NCBI GenBank assembly: GCA_965116495.1
Contig: OZ220696.1
Span: 576,001-640,000 of the forward strand
Direction of reading: 5' to 3'
DNA: 64,000 bases
Source: Gammaproteobacteria bacterium
GTDB taxonomy: Bacteria; Pseudomonadota; Gammaproteobacteria; Eutrophobiales; Eutrophobiaceae
Positions 43,342 to 53,917 of the stretch are shown here, piece after piece. Position 1 is the stretch's first letter; every line of letters begins with the position of its first letter. The notes under the pieces were generated by a model that had not been told where the DNA came from, searched no databases, and was given only the letters and a program-made list of their open reading frames with translations. Both the position numbers and the translations under genes were made by a program.

Positions 43342-43378
43342 AAAGCCCCTGATCTATGAAGGTCGGGGGCTTTTTTAT
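43342..43378. terminator. Rho-independent terminator after 5S (probably bidirectional)
   Basis: AAAGCCCCTGATC-loop-GGTCGGGGGCTTTTTT. Confidence 0.85.
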
Positions 43379-43422
43379 ATCTCGAACTTGGGTGACCTAC
43401 GCGACAATTTTGCAGGAGCAAA

Positions 43423-44136
43423 CTACAAATTGACAGGGTCATCGGACAATGCAATAGAAATGGCCTTCCTTGCTAATAATCGAGTCGAGTCTAAACATGG
43501 TAGGGGAGAGATTTCATCGTTCATTAGCAAGGGTAGTTCGGTACATCCAAGTATGACGCCATCACACCCCTGCTCTTTATATTTCCGGATGAGCCCCTGA
43601 AAATATGAGGTAGAAATTTCTTCAATACGTCCAGTATATAATTCTTCCCATATAACTCGATCAATTTCCCGAATTTCTTTCTCATTCGGTGTAATGTATT
43701 CGAGATTTTCCTTATCCAGTACGCGTTGATAAATAGAGCCTCTCATAGTGCAACCTGCTCCCAAGATAAGTAGTTTTTCCATACTACGCGCTTTGCCTTC
43801 TTCCACTGTCACTTCGCATATATGCAGACAGGGTAAGGAAAGTTCATCGCGGATTAAATCAAGGCTATGATGTATCCCATTATCTGCACAAATTGCAAAA
43901 TCAGCTCCAATAGTTTTAAGTTTATCTACCGAGTTGGCTAACACCGCGCTCGCTGATACCCAATCAATATTATTATCATCTGTGAAGTGTTTCATGTAAT
44001 TTTCGAGAGAGAGCGTATGCAAAGTTACCTCCGGATGACGAAAATCACCTAAGATTTCAGCTGCCTCTTTACAGATAGTCGTATAACACAGTGCGGCACC
44101 CTCCGGACTAGTACCAACTATTCCGATATGTCTCAC
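43423..44136 (-). CDS. Aspartate/glutamate racemase-family protein
   Basis: HIGIVG.SPEG...Y, Cys in AICAD and in ILGCTELP; GTG start at 44136 with GGAG RBS. Confidence 0.88.
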   Translation of the reverse strand: MRHIGIVGTSPEGAALCYTTICKEAAEILGDFRHPEVTLHTLSLENYMKHFTDDNNIDWVSASAVLANSVDKLKTIGADFAICADNGIHHSLDLIRDELSLPCLHICEVTVEEGKARSMEKLLILGAGCTMRGSIYQRVLDKENLEYITPNEKEIREIDRVIWEELYTGRIEEISTSYFQGLIRKYKEQGCDGVILGCTELPLLMNDEISPLPCLDSTRLLARKAISIALSDDPVNL

Positions 44137-44407
44137 AGAAGTTTCTCCAGTATTTTGTGCGAGTTTATATGCCGTAGTTTCTATATTGGCAAGAGTTCCA
44201 GTACAACACATCGCGTATAAGTTTAGAACACCTTAGCGCTAGCGTGTTCGTACAAACCATTCTAAAAGTAAACATTTTTGATCGCCCATGCGACAAAGAT
44301 GATTGGCAATTCAACATTTATTGACAGGGCTTAATACGACATTGAGAGTAAAGTTTGTCCCCATACGAGGAATAATTTTGAACTATTGCCCAGGGGGGAA
44401 TTATTAC

Positions 44408-46741
44408 ATGAATAGTCATGACTATAAGACTTACAAAACAACTCTTTTACGAGTGGGTTGCCTGGCTTGGCTAGCAGCAACCCTGACATCACCCATTGTA
44501 CAGGCCCAGGGTATGTTGGAAGAAGTGGTAGTAACGGCGACCAAGCGTACGACTACTGTAAAAGAAGTCCCTATGGCGATCCAGGCAATCACCGGTGAAA
44601 CTATGACACGTAATGGAATTGATAATCTGGACCAACTGGCGGCGTCTATCCCAAACTTTCAGGTAGGTGATGGCCTGTTGAGTACTGCCGTTGCCATGCG
44701 TGGTATGAGTTCCCAGCCAGAGCGAGGATTTGACCAGTCTGTTGGTATGTTTATCGATGGTATTTACAAGCCTCGTTCGCGTCAATACCGATCACCATTT
44801 ATGGATGTCAGTCGTGTTGAAGTTCTACGCGGACCACAGGCTGTTCTGTTCGGTTTGAACTCGACTGCGGGGGCGGTAAGCATTATTTCAAACAGTAATC
44901 AGCCGGGAGATGATTTTGAAGCTGACATCAGGGCAAAATACGAGATTGAGTACGAGGGTGCTACTGTAGAAGGTTTTGCTGGTGGTAGTGTTAATGATCA
45001 GCTAGGTTTGCGTTTTGCTGGCAAGTACCGTAATGACGGGGAAGGTCAGACCGAAAATGCCTTTGATGGTAGGGACTATGGTGATCCTGAAGAATTGGTG
45101 CTGCGCGGTTCAGCAGTTTGGGTTCCCGTTGAAGGTACAACTTTTACTCTAAAAGTCGATTACGCTGATTTTGAAGCTGATGGGAATCCTGGTGAAGAAA
45201 TGTCACCGCAGTTGTTTGGAGGTCTTAACGGTAATTTTGAGGCCAAACTTGATCATAAAAATAATTGGGAAGACAACGTTGGTTATTCCCTGATGAACGC
45301 CAGGGGCCACGTAGAGCGCGATACGGCTGGTATTGATCAAGAGTCTGTCAATATTTCTTTAAACTTTGAGCAAGAGTTTGGTGGATCTATGCTAACGGCA
45401 ATGTTTGGGTATTCTGATATGGAATATAATCTGTCTCAGGATGGGGACACAGGCCCGTTGTTCTTTATCGTAAGTGCTTACCACGAGGAATACGAGCAAA
45501 CTTCTTTGGAAGTGCGCTGGACTTCTCCTGTGGGTGAAACCTTTGAATGGATTGCCGGTGCCTATTATCAGGATAGTGAGCTAATTAACCTCCAGCCTAA
45601 TGTTGTTGGAGGCGCCTATGATTCGTTTTTTGGTTTTGGTTTTGCCCCTGATGCACCAATGACGTATTTGACCGGAGAGATGGGGTCAGACACCACCTCG
45701 GTATCTGCGTTTGGTATTCTGAGCTGGAATATCTCTGACGTATTGAAAGTAACGGGTGGATTGCGTTGGGTTGATACCGAAACGGATTACTTTCGTGGTG
45801 ATAGTGGCTGTACCACATTAGATCCGGCACTTCTTCCACAAGCGACTCTTGACGCATTTTCTGCTTTCTTCTTTTGCTTTACAGCACCAAATTATCAAGA
45901 TGATCGGAGCTCTGATAACTTTATGCCGGAAGTTGCCATTCAGTGGGATGCCACCGATGAACTGATGCTATACGGTAAAGTGAGTAAGAGTGCGAAGGCT
46001 GGCGGCTTCGGGTTTAGTGTCTTAATTAATTCTGATGCTAATGGCAACCCCTTGGCTGAGTTTGATGACGAAAAAGCGCTGGGCTTTGAACTGGGCGCGA
46101 AATATCAAACGGACACCCATGAATTCAGTATTACCGGTTTTCATACAAAGTTTAAAGATTTGCAGGTCAACAGTTTTGATCCGGTGACTTTCATTGGCTC
46201 TATCCAAAACGCCGCTGAAGTGGTGAGTAAGGGTGTCGAGGTTGAAGGCCGTTGGGCTGCCACAGACTGGTTGATGTTGAGTGGAGCACTCACGTATCTG
46301 GATTCAGAATTTGAAGAGTTTGATGGTGCACCTTGTGGTGCTCTGGGTAATCACCCTGCGTCTACAATCATTCCAGGGAGTTGTGATCTGAGTGGCGTTA
46401 CAACCGCATATGCGCCAGAAGTGGCGGGTTCACTGAATGCTGATTTGAGCATCCCGCTTGCCAAAGGCCTGAATTTAGTTGGTGGTGTGTCCCTGAGCTA
46501 TAGTGATGATTATTTTACTGACTCTGATTTGACCAGAGAATTTAAACAAGACTCGTACACTCTAGTTGATGCGCGTATTGGTGTTGAAGCTCAGGATGGT
46601 AAATGGTCCGTATCTTTGATAGGAAATAATATATCGGATGAGATTATAATCAATCAGACTTCTTTGTACTTTACTCAAAACGCATTCTTGAAGTCAGCGC
46701 GTACGGTGGCCCTTCAAGCTACTTACCGCTTTGGTAGATAA
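44408..46741 (+). CDS. TonB-dependent outer-membrane receptor
   Basis: Signal peptide, LEEVVVTATKR, VEVLRGPQ..LFG, and terminal beta-strand YRF. Confidence 0.93.
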   Translation: MNSHDYKTYKTTLLRVGCLAWLAATLTSPIVQAQGMLEEVVVTATKRTTTVKEVPMAIQAITGETMTRNGIDNLDQLAASIPNFQVGDGLLSTAVAMRGMSSQPERGFDQSVGMFIDGIYKPRSRQYRSPFMDVSRVEVLRGPQAVLFGLNSTAGAVSIISNSNQPGDDFEADIRAKYEIEYEGATVEGFAGGSVNDQLGLRFAGKYRNDGEGQTENAFDGRDYGDPEELVLRGSAVWVPVEGTTFTLKVDYADFEADGNPGEEMSPQLFGGLNGNFEAKLDHKNNWEDNVGYSLMNARGHVERDTAGIDQESVNISLNFEQEFGGSMLTAMFGYSDMEYNLSQDGDTGPLFFIVSAYHEEYEQTSLEVRWTSPVGETFEWIAGAYYQDSELINLQPNVVGGAYDSFFGFGFAPDAPMTYLTGEMGSDTTSVSAFGILSWNISDVLKVTGGLRWVDTETDYFRGDSGCTTLDPALLPQATLDAFSAFFFCFTAPNYQDDRSSDNFMPEVAIQWDATDELMLYGKVSKSAKAGGFGFSVLINSDANGNPLAEFDDEKALGFELGAKYQTDTHEFSITGFHTKFKDLQVNSFDPVTFIGSIQNAAEVVSKGVEVEGRWAATDWLMLSGALTYLDSEFEEFDGAPCGALGNHPASTIIPGSCDLSGVTTAYAPEVAGSLNADLSIPLAKGLNLVGGVSLSYSDDYFTDSDLTREFKQDSYTLVDARIGVEAQDGKWSVSLIGNNISDEIIINQTSLYFTQNAFLKSARTVALQATYRFGR

Positions 46742-46783
46742 TACTTAAACTCACTGGCTTTATTTAAGTCAGGTTGGCCTGAG

Positions 46784-46811
46784 GAATGACGGCATTTCGG
46801 TGTCGTCATTT
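46784..46811. terminator. Hairpin between convergent genes
   Basis: GAATGACGGCAT-TTCG-GTGTCGTCATTT stem with a UUCG loop. Confidence 0.65.
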
Positions 46812-46812
46812 C

Positions 46813-47589
46813 TTATTTTGAATTTCCAAAATTCCGTAGCCTATTGATAGCATCGTCTGTGCAGAAACCGCCAGCAAGATCTTTGCGCATCAGAGCATCG
46901 TAATGGCACAGTGTGTCCCACTCCATTTTGTTCACCATTGCAAGCTGTTGTTTCATCATTCCAAGGGAGGTGAGGCTCATTTTCGCAAACTTGCTTCCCC
47001 ACTTTTCAACAATCTGCCTTAACTCGTTATCGGGAACCAGTTTCCATACCAGACCTATATCTTTTGCCTGTGCAGCGGAGATAAACTCTCCGGTGAGAAA
47101 GAATTCCTTTGCTTTGCGAATTCCAATGGATCGGGCTAGACGCTGAGGCTCATGCCAGCCGGGCACAAAGCCCCACTTGGCGTGTGCATCACCGAAGGTG
47201 GCCCCCTCTGCCGCGATGATAAGGTCACAAAAATAGGACAGGATAAAACCGCCAGCGATCGCATTGCCCTGCACGACAGAAATCACAGGCTTGGACATTG
47301 TTTCAATTAAATCATCCAGTCTGGGTCCCAGAGGAATAAGATCTTCAAGCAGTTGTTCGGGGCTGTTCTCCAGTTTGTCCAGGGCGTACTTGAGATCCAT
47401 TCCGGCACAGAAATCCTCACCAGCACCAAGCAGGAACACGGCCTTCACAGTATCATCACGATCCAAAGTCTGGAAAGCATCGATCAGTTCGTTCATCAGC
47501 AAGGGGGTAATGGCGTTTTTCGCATCGGGTCTGTTCATGATGACCTTGGTATATCCTTCGCAGTGTTCAACAATTAATTGTTTGTACAT
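46813..47589 (-). CDS. Enoyl-CoA hydratase/isomerase (crotonase) family protein
   Basis: MNRPDAKNA, FCAGMDL, GNAIAGG..L...CD. Confidence 0.88.
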   Translation of the reverse strand: MYKQLIVEHCEGYTKVIMNRPDAKNAITPLLMNELIDAFQTLDRDDTVKAVFLLGAGEDFCAGMDLKYALDKLENSPEQLLEDLIPLGPRLDDLIETMSKPVISVVQGNAIAGGFILSYFCDLIIAAEGATFGDAHAKWGFVPGWHEPQRLARSIGIRKAKEFFLTGEFISAAQAKDIGLVWKLVPDNELRQIVEKWGSKFAKMSLTSLGMMKQQLAMVNKMEWDTLCHYDALMRKDLAGGFCTDDAINRLRNFGNSK

Positions 47590-47599
47590 AATGTGACTC

Positions 47600-48367
47600 C
47601 TAGACACTGATGCTGAAGGCACCATCCACCGGCATCACGGCGCCGGTGACATAGCTCGCCTGCTCGGAACAGAGGAAGGTTGCCAAGCTGGCAACCTCAG
47701 CGGGCTGACCCATACGTTTCATGGGGATGTGCTCTACCAACCGGTCGACGGTAGCCTGGTCGATACCACTGCGTTCATAGATCTCTGTTGCTATAATTCC
47801 AAGGACAAGGCAATTGCAGGTAATACCGCTATTGGCGTTTTCCCGGGCCACCTGTTTGGTCAGGGTGTGTATGGCGCCTTTGGTGACCGCATAGCAGGGT
47901 AGACCCGTAGTGCCGAAGTTGCCGGCCACTGAGGAAATATTGATGATTCTGCCCCACTTGTTGTCCTTCATAATGGAGAGGGCCTGTTGGATCCAATAAA
48001 AGGCACCGTTCAAGTTGATTCCAATTTCCCTCTCCCATTTTTCCGGAGACATTCTTGCCACAGTTCCGTAATTATTCGTCAGAGCGGCACAATTAACGAG
48101 GATATCTAAACGGCCAAACTCAGCTATAACTGTTTCAGTCGCCAGTTCAACGTCGCTAAGTTTGCTCTGATCCGCGCGAATTGCGAGTGTCCGGACATCC
48201 CCAGTCTGTAAATCCGCTGCCAAAGTCTGTATGCCCTCCTCGATGATGTCGCTTACCACGATCATTGCACCTTCGCCCGCTAACGATCTGGCCACGGCAT
48301 TTCCAATACCTTTGGCCGAGGCTGCACCGGTAATGACAGCGACCTTACCCTTTAATTTAAGGTCCAT
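47600..48367 (-). CDS. Short-chain dehydrogenase/reductase (FabG-like)
   Basis: TGAASAKGIG, ISS, YAVTK, VDG. Confidence 0.9.
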   Translation of the reverse strand: MDLKLKGKVAVITGAASAKGIGNAVARSLAGEGAMIVVSDIIEEGIQTLAADLQTGDVRTLAIRADQSKLSDVELATETVIAEFGRLDILVNCAALTNNYGTVARMSPEKWEREIGINLNGAFYWIQQALSIMKDNKWGRIINISSVAGNFGTTGLPCYAVTKGAIHTLTKQVARENANSGITCNCLVLGIIATEIYERSGIDQATVDRLVEHIPMKRMGQPAEVASLATFLCSEQASYVTGAVMPVDGAFSISV

Positions 48368-48413
48368 AGGCGTTTTTCTTACTTACATATGTTGTAGTTC
48401 GATTGAGAGCAAT

Positions 48414-48917
48414 TTATTTTTTGGATGAAAAAATCAATTCACACATTTCATCACCCTTTGCCATATTGCGTACCAGCTCTACTTCAGTGTTGGGATTAAG
48501 AGTCTTGGCAACGGTACGTTCGCAGTTACACAAGGCCTGGCAAAATGCTGGGGTTATTTCTTTTTCATGTCCCGGAAACCAGATGCAGGGCCGATGGAGT
48601 TTAAAGCTAACATCGCCGTTTTCTTTCCGTTCCAGTGTGGTGTCGTAGCCACAGGCAGCGGTGGCCATTTGAAAATAGGCGCCTACGTCCATGAAGTCGG
48701 AACCATCCAAACCCATTTCACGCATGGCAGGGACAATCTTTTCCAGGGCAATTTTTTCAGCCCATGATTTAATTAACTCAGCACCTTTCTCCTCTCCTAG
48801 TTCGGACATTACTGATTTGCACATTTCGGCAAAATACATCCAGCCGATTTTATTGCTGACTTTCACCTTGCGTATTTCAGGCCACTCGTCGACGTTGAGC
48901 TTGTTCGAATCTTGCAT
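48414..48917 (-). CDS. Hypothetical protein, ATC-hydrolase/V4R-like fold
   Basis: GGAG RBS; C.W...FC...C..E......NP.......GD..CE.IF pattern. Confidence 0.6.
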   Translation of the reverse strand: MQDSNKLNVDEWPEIRKVKVSNKIGWMYFAEMCKSVMSELGEEKGAELIKSWAEKIALEKIVPAMREMGLDGSDFMDVGAYFQMATAACGYDTTLERKENGDVSFKLHRPCIWFPGHEKEITPAFCQALCNCERTVAKTLNPNTEVELVRNMAKGDEMCELIFSSKK

Positions 48918-49002
48918 GGCACGGCTCTCCTATGTTATATCGATTTTTGAAGTTTTCTTTAATGCTTGACGAACTGCAGGGGGATTACCCAGTTCGGTTC
49001 AC

Positions 49003-50010
49003 TTAGCGTATCGACTGGCGGTTACTGGTTGGAGGTTCACCAGTCCAGCGCTTGTAGGCGCGCGCAAAATTACTGCTGTCACTGTACCCCAGGTGGCAGG
49101 CAATTTCCGTTACGGACTTGCCTTCTTCCAGGTATAATTGAGCCAACTCGCGCCGGGCGTGATCCAGCAATTTCTGAAAACTGGTGGCAGCTTGTTCCAG
49201 TTCCATGTTGAATGCTTCTGTATCCATGGAGAAACGTTTGGCGACATCTTCCTTGGTCACTCTACCACCAGGTAGAAGCTCCAATAGCACACCATAGATC
49301 TTTGATGATAGATCATTTGTGTTCATCTTTGCGATCTTTTCGATGACCATACGCTCGTGTATCTTCGATAGTTCCGGATTACTCGTTGGCATAGGGATAT
49401 CAAGGTCTTCCCGCTTAAAATAGATAGCCGTTTGGTTTGCGGCAAATTGCACGGGGATGCCAAAAAAAGTCTCATAATCATGCTCTCGTCCGGTAACAAC
49501 TGTGGAGGTTTGTTCTACTCTACTGGGAATGTAATCCTCGTGGTACATGAATCGGAGCATATGCACTATCATCGCCAGGATAGCGTCCTCCAGCACCCGC
49601 AAGACTGCTGGATCTACCTCGCCGGTGCTTCTTACTCTGAGTCGAGCCTCATCTCCCAGCTCTTCAAATACCAGAACATGATTGGTTGATATAAATTCGT
49701 AGTATCGGGATAAGCGTTGACAAAAATCTCTTATGGTCGAACTGAACAACAGCGTCACGCTCAATGAACCGAAGCTGGTGGGATGGATAAATTCCGTAAA
49801 TTTCAAGCCGAAACACGGGTCCCCCGTCGCCCGTAATACAAGCTGTAGAAAGCGTTGGGTAGTTTCAAGCGGGACACATTCCGTCGTCTCTGGACTAAGG
49901 GGTAAGTCCAGGGCTTCCTCAGCGAGCAGTTTTTCAACATCGACACCGTAGGCTTGCAGTTCCTCTACCGCGAGCCTGATTGCTATATTACTGGTGTATC
50001 GGATAACCAT
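49003..50010 (-). CDS. AraC-family regulator with N-terminal ligand-binding domain
   Basis: TGDPCFGL, SFQKLLD.ARRELA, LGYSDSSNFARAYKRWTG. Confidence 0.92.
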   Translation of the reverse strand: MVIRYTSNIAIRLAVEELQAYGVDVEKLLAEEALDLPLSPETTECVPLETTQRFLQLVLRATGDPCFGLKFTEFIHPTSFGSLSVTLLFSSTIRDFCQRLSRYYEFISTNHVLVFEELGDEARLRVRSTGEVDPAVLRVLEDAILAMIVHMLRFMYHEDYIPSRVEQTSTVVTGREHDYETFFGIPVQFAANQTAIYFKREDLDIPMPTSNPELSKIHERMVIEKIAKMNTNDLSSKIYGVLLELLPGGRVTKEDVAKRFSMDTEAFNMELEQAATSFQKLLDHARRELAQLYLEEGKSVTEIACHLGYSDSSNFARAYKRWTGEPPTSNRQSIR

Positions 50011-50241
50011 GAAGATATGCTAAAGGATTTCGGTTATTCCTAGAATACCAGTGATCTTTCGATTCATTCATAACTATAAGCAGTCTCAAAATTCCTGAAT
50101 CCGGTTGATACGGCGTTAAGCGTGATCAATACCTACACTCCAATTATAGATTATCATGGTGCTCATCACAGGGGCATTACTCATCAAAAATCGAGACTGG
50201 CAGCGTAAAGATCCAGCTGCTCTGGATACGCTTGATTGTGG

Positions 50242-53200
50242 TCACGATATTAACGCCTCTTCACTACGCCAACGTTTCATCAACAGGTCACGGTGTTTAT
50301 TGGCGCTTGTCATATTTTTTTCTTTTACATGCCCATAGCCGCGAATGGATTTTGGAATGCTTGCTATCTCCACAGCCAGGTCAAAATTTCTTGGGTTCAA
50401 CTTGGTGGCGAGGGTGCGTACCCAGGCCTCATAATCCAAAACTAATTGTCTCTCCGCCTTGCGCGCAGCACTTTTGCCCATGATGTCCCAGACTGTTCCG
50501 CGCAGGAATTTAAACTTGGCAAGAATTGAAAACGCTTTCAACATCCAGGAACCGAAGGTGATTTTTTGCAAGTTGCCATTCTCGTTATCGCGCGGCGATA
50601 TTAAGGGTGGCGCGAGATGAAACTGTAGTTTGAAATCGCCCTCGAAAGTGTCATGCAGTTTCTTTATGTATGCCCTGTCGGAATAGAGGCGAGCTACTTC
50701 ATATTCATCCTTGTAAGCCATGAGTTTGTATGCGTAATGTGCGATAGCTTCGGTAAGTATCGTGGAATCCGGATTGATTTTTGTTTCTGCAGCCAGGGCA
50801 GTGTCCACCATCGAGCGATAACGGGCCCCATATTTCTCACTCTGGTAGGCAACCAGTTCCCGTTCGAAATATGTGATCAACTCTTCGGTCGACAGCGGAT
50901 TACTAGAAGTAAATTCAGGTAGCATGAGAGTAGTGACCGCTTTCATATCAATGGCTGCATATCGACCCCAACGAAATGCCCGCTTGTTCCAATCAATCGC
51001 CACGTCATTGAGTTCTATAGCACGCATCAGGCTTGCTTCAGTCAACGGCAGCAGGCCCTTTTGCCAGGCGTAGCCCACCAGGAGCAGATTACTGCCGATT
51101 GTATCACCCAATAAGGCCTTAGCCAGGCGACTGGCATCGACAAAATCCACCATATCTGCACCCGCCATACGGGTAATGCGTTCATTGACGACATCAATTG
51201 GAAATTCCAAATCCGCGTTACGGGTAAAATCACCAGTGATGGCCTGATTGGTATTAACCAATACCCTGGTACGTCCCTGATGAATACTCGCTATTGGTTC
51301 ATGAGTGGAAGAGACCAGGTTGTCACAAGCTATAAGTAAGTCTGCGTTGCCCTGATTGACCCGGGCAGCGAATATATCTTTCGCACTTTCTCCAATACGC
51401 AGGTGGCTGATGACCGAGCCTCCTTTCTGAGCCATGCCTAGCTGATCCACTACCGAAGCGGTTTTTCCTTCCAGGTGTGCCGCCATACCAATAATTGAGC
51501 CGATGGTAACCACCCCGGTTCCACCCACGCCGGCGATCATGATGTTGTAGGTAGCGCCCACGGGAATTTGGGCTAGTGGGGGTTCCAGAAGGTGTTCCGG
51601 GAGTCCATTTTCTTTACTGTCTAACCCACGCCCTTTACGTAGCTTACCTCCGATTACGCTTACAAAGCTGGGGCAAAAGCCGTTGATGCAGGAGAAATCC
51701 TTGTTACAGCTGGATTGTTCGATTTCGCGTTTCGTTCCGAATTGCGTTTTTTTCGGGATAACAGACAGGCAGTTGGACTGATCGCTGCAATCTCCGCAAC
51801 CCTCACAGACGCGGTCGTTGATGAATGCGTGTTTGGCTGGATCAACCATCAGTCCCTTCTTTCGTCGGCGACGTTTTTCCGCTGCGCACGTCTGGTCGTA
51901 AATCAGGACGGAAACACCGGGAAATTCTCGCATTTCTTTCTGAATATGATTTAGCTTCCGCCGGTGATCGACCGTAGCAATCGAAGGTAAATTGCTGTCA
52001 CGATTATACTTTTCGGGTTCGTCACTGATCACGGCAATACGCCGTACGCCTTCTTCGTATACCTGTCGCGCAACCATGGGAACCGATATGGGACCGTCCA
52101 CTGGCTGGCCACCAGTCATCGCCACTGCGTCATTGAACAGAATCTTGTAGGTTATTTGTGTTTTCGAAGCAACGGCTGCACGGATAGCCAGCGAACCGGA
52201 GTGATAGTAGGTTCCGTCTCCCATGATCTGGAAGACATGTTTGTCTTTTACAAATTGAGATTCACCGACCCAGTTGCTTCCTTCGCCACCCATCTGGGTC
52301 CAGTTGACTACGCCACGATCCATATATAGCGCCATACCGTGACAGCCGACACCACCTTGGGCGCGACTGTTTTCCGGGGTTTTCGTAGAGGTACTGTGCG
52401 GACAACCAGAGCAAAAATAGGGCAGGCGATTTATCGGTAGACCAGGCAGCGTCGCGATCATGGATGTAATATCATCCAGTGCCTGTAATCGGCCTTGACT
52501 GGCCGCATCACTGTGAAAGTATGCAATACGTCTGGCTATCGCCACAGCCAGTTTTTCGGGTGTCATCTCACCCAGTTCATTTATCAGAATTACCCCGTTT
52601 TCATCATAGCGGCCGACTATTCTGGGACGTTCAGATTCTGGCAGGCTGTAACAGGCATCTTTGATAGCAGATTCCATCTGTTGTCGTTTTTCCTCGACCA
52701 CCAACACCTCGTCCAGCCCTTGGCAAAAAGCCTGGTAGCCATCCAGATCATGTGGGTAAATCATACCAACCTTGTAAATTACGATTCCCAGTTCAGCAGC
52801 GAGTTCTTCATTGATACCCATATCGCACAGGGACTGCAATACATCCAGCCAAGCCCTGCCCGCGGCGACAATGCCGAATCGGCGTTTGCCGCTGTCATGG
52901 GAGCAGTAATTCAGCCGATTCGCGCGTGCATAGGCAAGTGCTGCTGGCAGACGTATGCGACGAATCCGACGCTCCGCGTTCGTCCAAAGTTCCCCTTTCC
53001 CATCGCGTATCTCCGGAGTTTCCTCACCGAAATCGTAGTCGGGGATGACCGGGCAGTTCCGTTTTTCACCAACTTCAATCGTTACGCTATTATCGATGGT
53101 CTCAAATACCAGTTTGAAGCCGACCCACAGGCCGGAAAAACGGGATAATGCAATCCCGTGCAAGCCGAGGTCGAGAACTTCCTGCACGTTAGCCGGATAT

Positions 53201-53721
53201 AGCACGGGCATCAGCATGTCCTCAAACAGAACTTCACAATGCGCTGTTGATGTGGTGGATCGTTGGCCATGATCATCCCCGGTAAGGGCCAGTACGCCGC
53301 CATGGGGAGCGGTACCGCGAAAAGCCCCGTGGCGCATCGCGTCGATACTGCGATCCAGTCCCGGCCCTTTACCATACCAAAAGGAAAACACGCCGTCGTA
53401 TTGTGACTCCCCATATAGACCGGCTTGCTGGGCACCGCTGATCGCAGTGGCGGCCAGGTCTTCATTGATCGCTGGGTTAAACTTGATATCATGCTCTCGC
53501 ATGAATTTTTCAACTTGCCAGTATTGTAAATCCAACACATGCATTGGTGAGCCGCGATAGCCAGAGATATAGCCCGCAGTATTCAAGCCGGACACTTCAT
53601 CACGTTTTTTCTGCTCAAGCGCCAGACGCAACAGTGCTTGGGTTCCTGTCAGGAAGACATGTCCTGATGCCTGAGTATATTTGTCGTCCAGAGAGACACT
53701 GGTTAAAGTCATTTTTTCCAC
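50242..53721 (-). CDS. Fused indolepyruvate/2-oxoacid ferredoxin oxidoreductase (IorAB-type)
   Basis: SGYRGSP, INEDLAAT, FCSGCPH, GDGTYYHSG TPP motif, CEGCGDC, GVGGTGV, YKDEYEVARL. Confidence 0.93.
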   Translation of the reverse strand: MEKMTLTSVSLDDKYTQASGHVFLTGTQALLRLALEQKKRDEVSGLNTAGYISGYRGSPMHVLDLQYWQVEKFMREHDIKFNPAINEDLAATAISGAQQAGLYGESQYDGVFSFWYGKGPGLDRSIDAMRHGAFRGTAPHGGVLALTGDDHGQRSTTSTAHCEVLFEDMLMPVLYPANVQEVLDLGLHGIALSRFSGLWVGFKLVFETIDNSVTIEVGEKRNCPVIPDYDFGEETPEIRDGKGELWTNAERRIRRIRLPAALAYARANRLNYCSHDSGKRRFGIVAAGRAWLDVLQSLCDMGINEELAAELGIVIYKVGMIYPHDLDGYQAFCQGLDEVLVVEEKRQQMESAIKDACYSLPESERPRIVGRYDENGVILINELGEMTPEKLAVAIARRIAYFHSDAASQGRLQALDDITSMIATLPGLPINRLPYFCSGCPHSTSTKTPENSRAQGGVGCHGMALYMDRGVVNWTQMGGEGSNWVGESQFVKDKHVFQIMGDGTYYHSGSLAIRAAVASKTQITYKILFNDAVAMTGGQPVDGPISVPMVARQVYEEGVRRIAVISDEPEKYNRDSNLPSIATVDHRRKLNHIQKEMREFPGVSVLIYDQTCAAEKRRRRKKGLMVDPAKHAFINDRVCEGCGDCSDQSNCLSVIPKKTQFGTKREIEQSSCNKDFSCINGFCPSFVSVIGGKLRKGRGLDSKENGLPEHLLEPPLAQIPVGATYNIMIAGVGGTGVVTIGSIIGMAAHLEGKTASVVDQLGMAQKGGSVISHLRIGESAKDIFAARVNQGNADLLIACDNLVSSTHEPIASIHQGRTRVLVNTNQAITGDFTRNADLEFPIDVVNERITRMAGADMVDFVDASRLAKALLGDTIGSNLLLVGYAWQKGLLPLTEASLMRAIELNDVAIDWNKRAFRWGRYAAIDMKAVTTLMLPEFTSSNPLSTEELITYFERELVAYQSEKYGARYRSMVDTALAAETKINPDSTILTEAIAHYAYKLMAYKDEYEVARLYSDRAYIKKLHDTFEGDFKLQFHLAPPLISPRDNENGNLQKITFGSWMLKAFSILAKFKFLRGTVWDIMGKSAARKAERQLVLDYEAWVRTLATKLNPRNFDLAVEIASIPKSIRGYGHVKEKNMTSANKHRDLLMKRWRSEEALIS

Positions 53722-53917
53722 TCACCTCTTAAACAAAAATCTATAGTAATGACGAATTAGGTGCTGATCTGCGATTGCGCTCAGTGAAATACTAATCTTC
53801 CTGATAAAGAGTGCCGGTCAATTCAATTTCATTTATATGTCATAATTAATATGATGCAAGTTCTCTGACGTCATAGTATTTCTATAAAGCACAAAGCTTT
53901 AGAGGGGTGGGCTTGAT

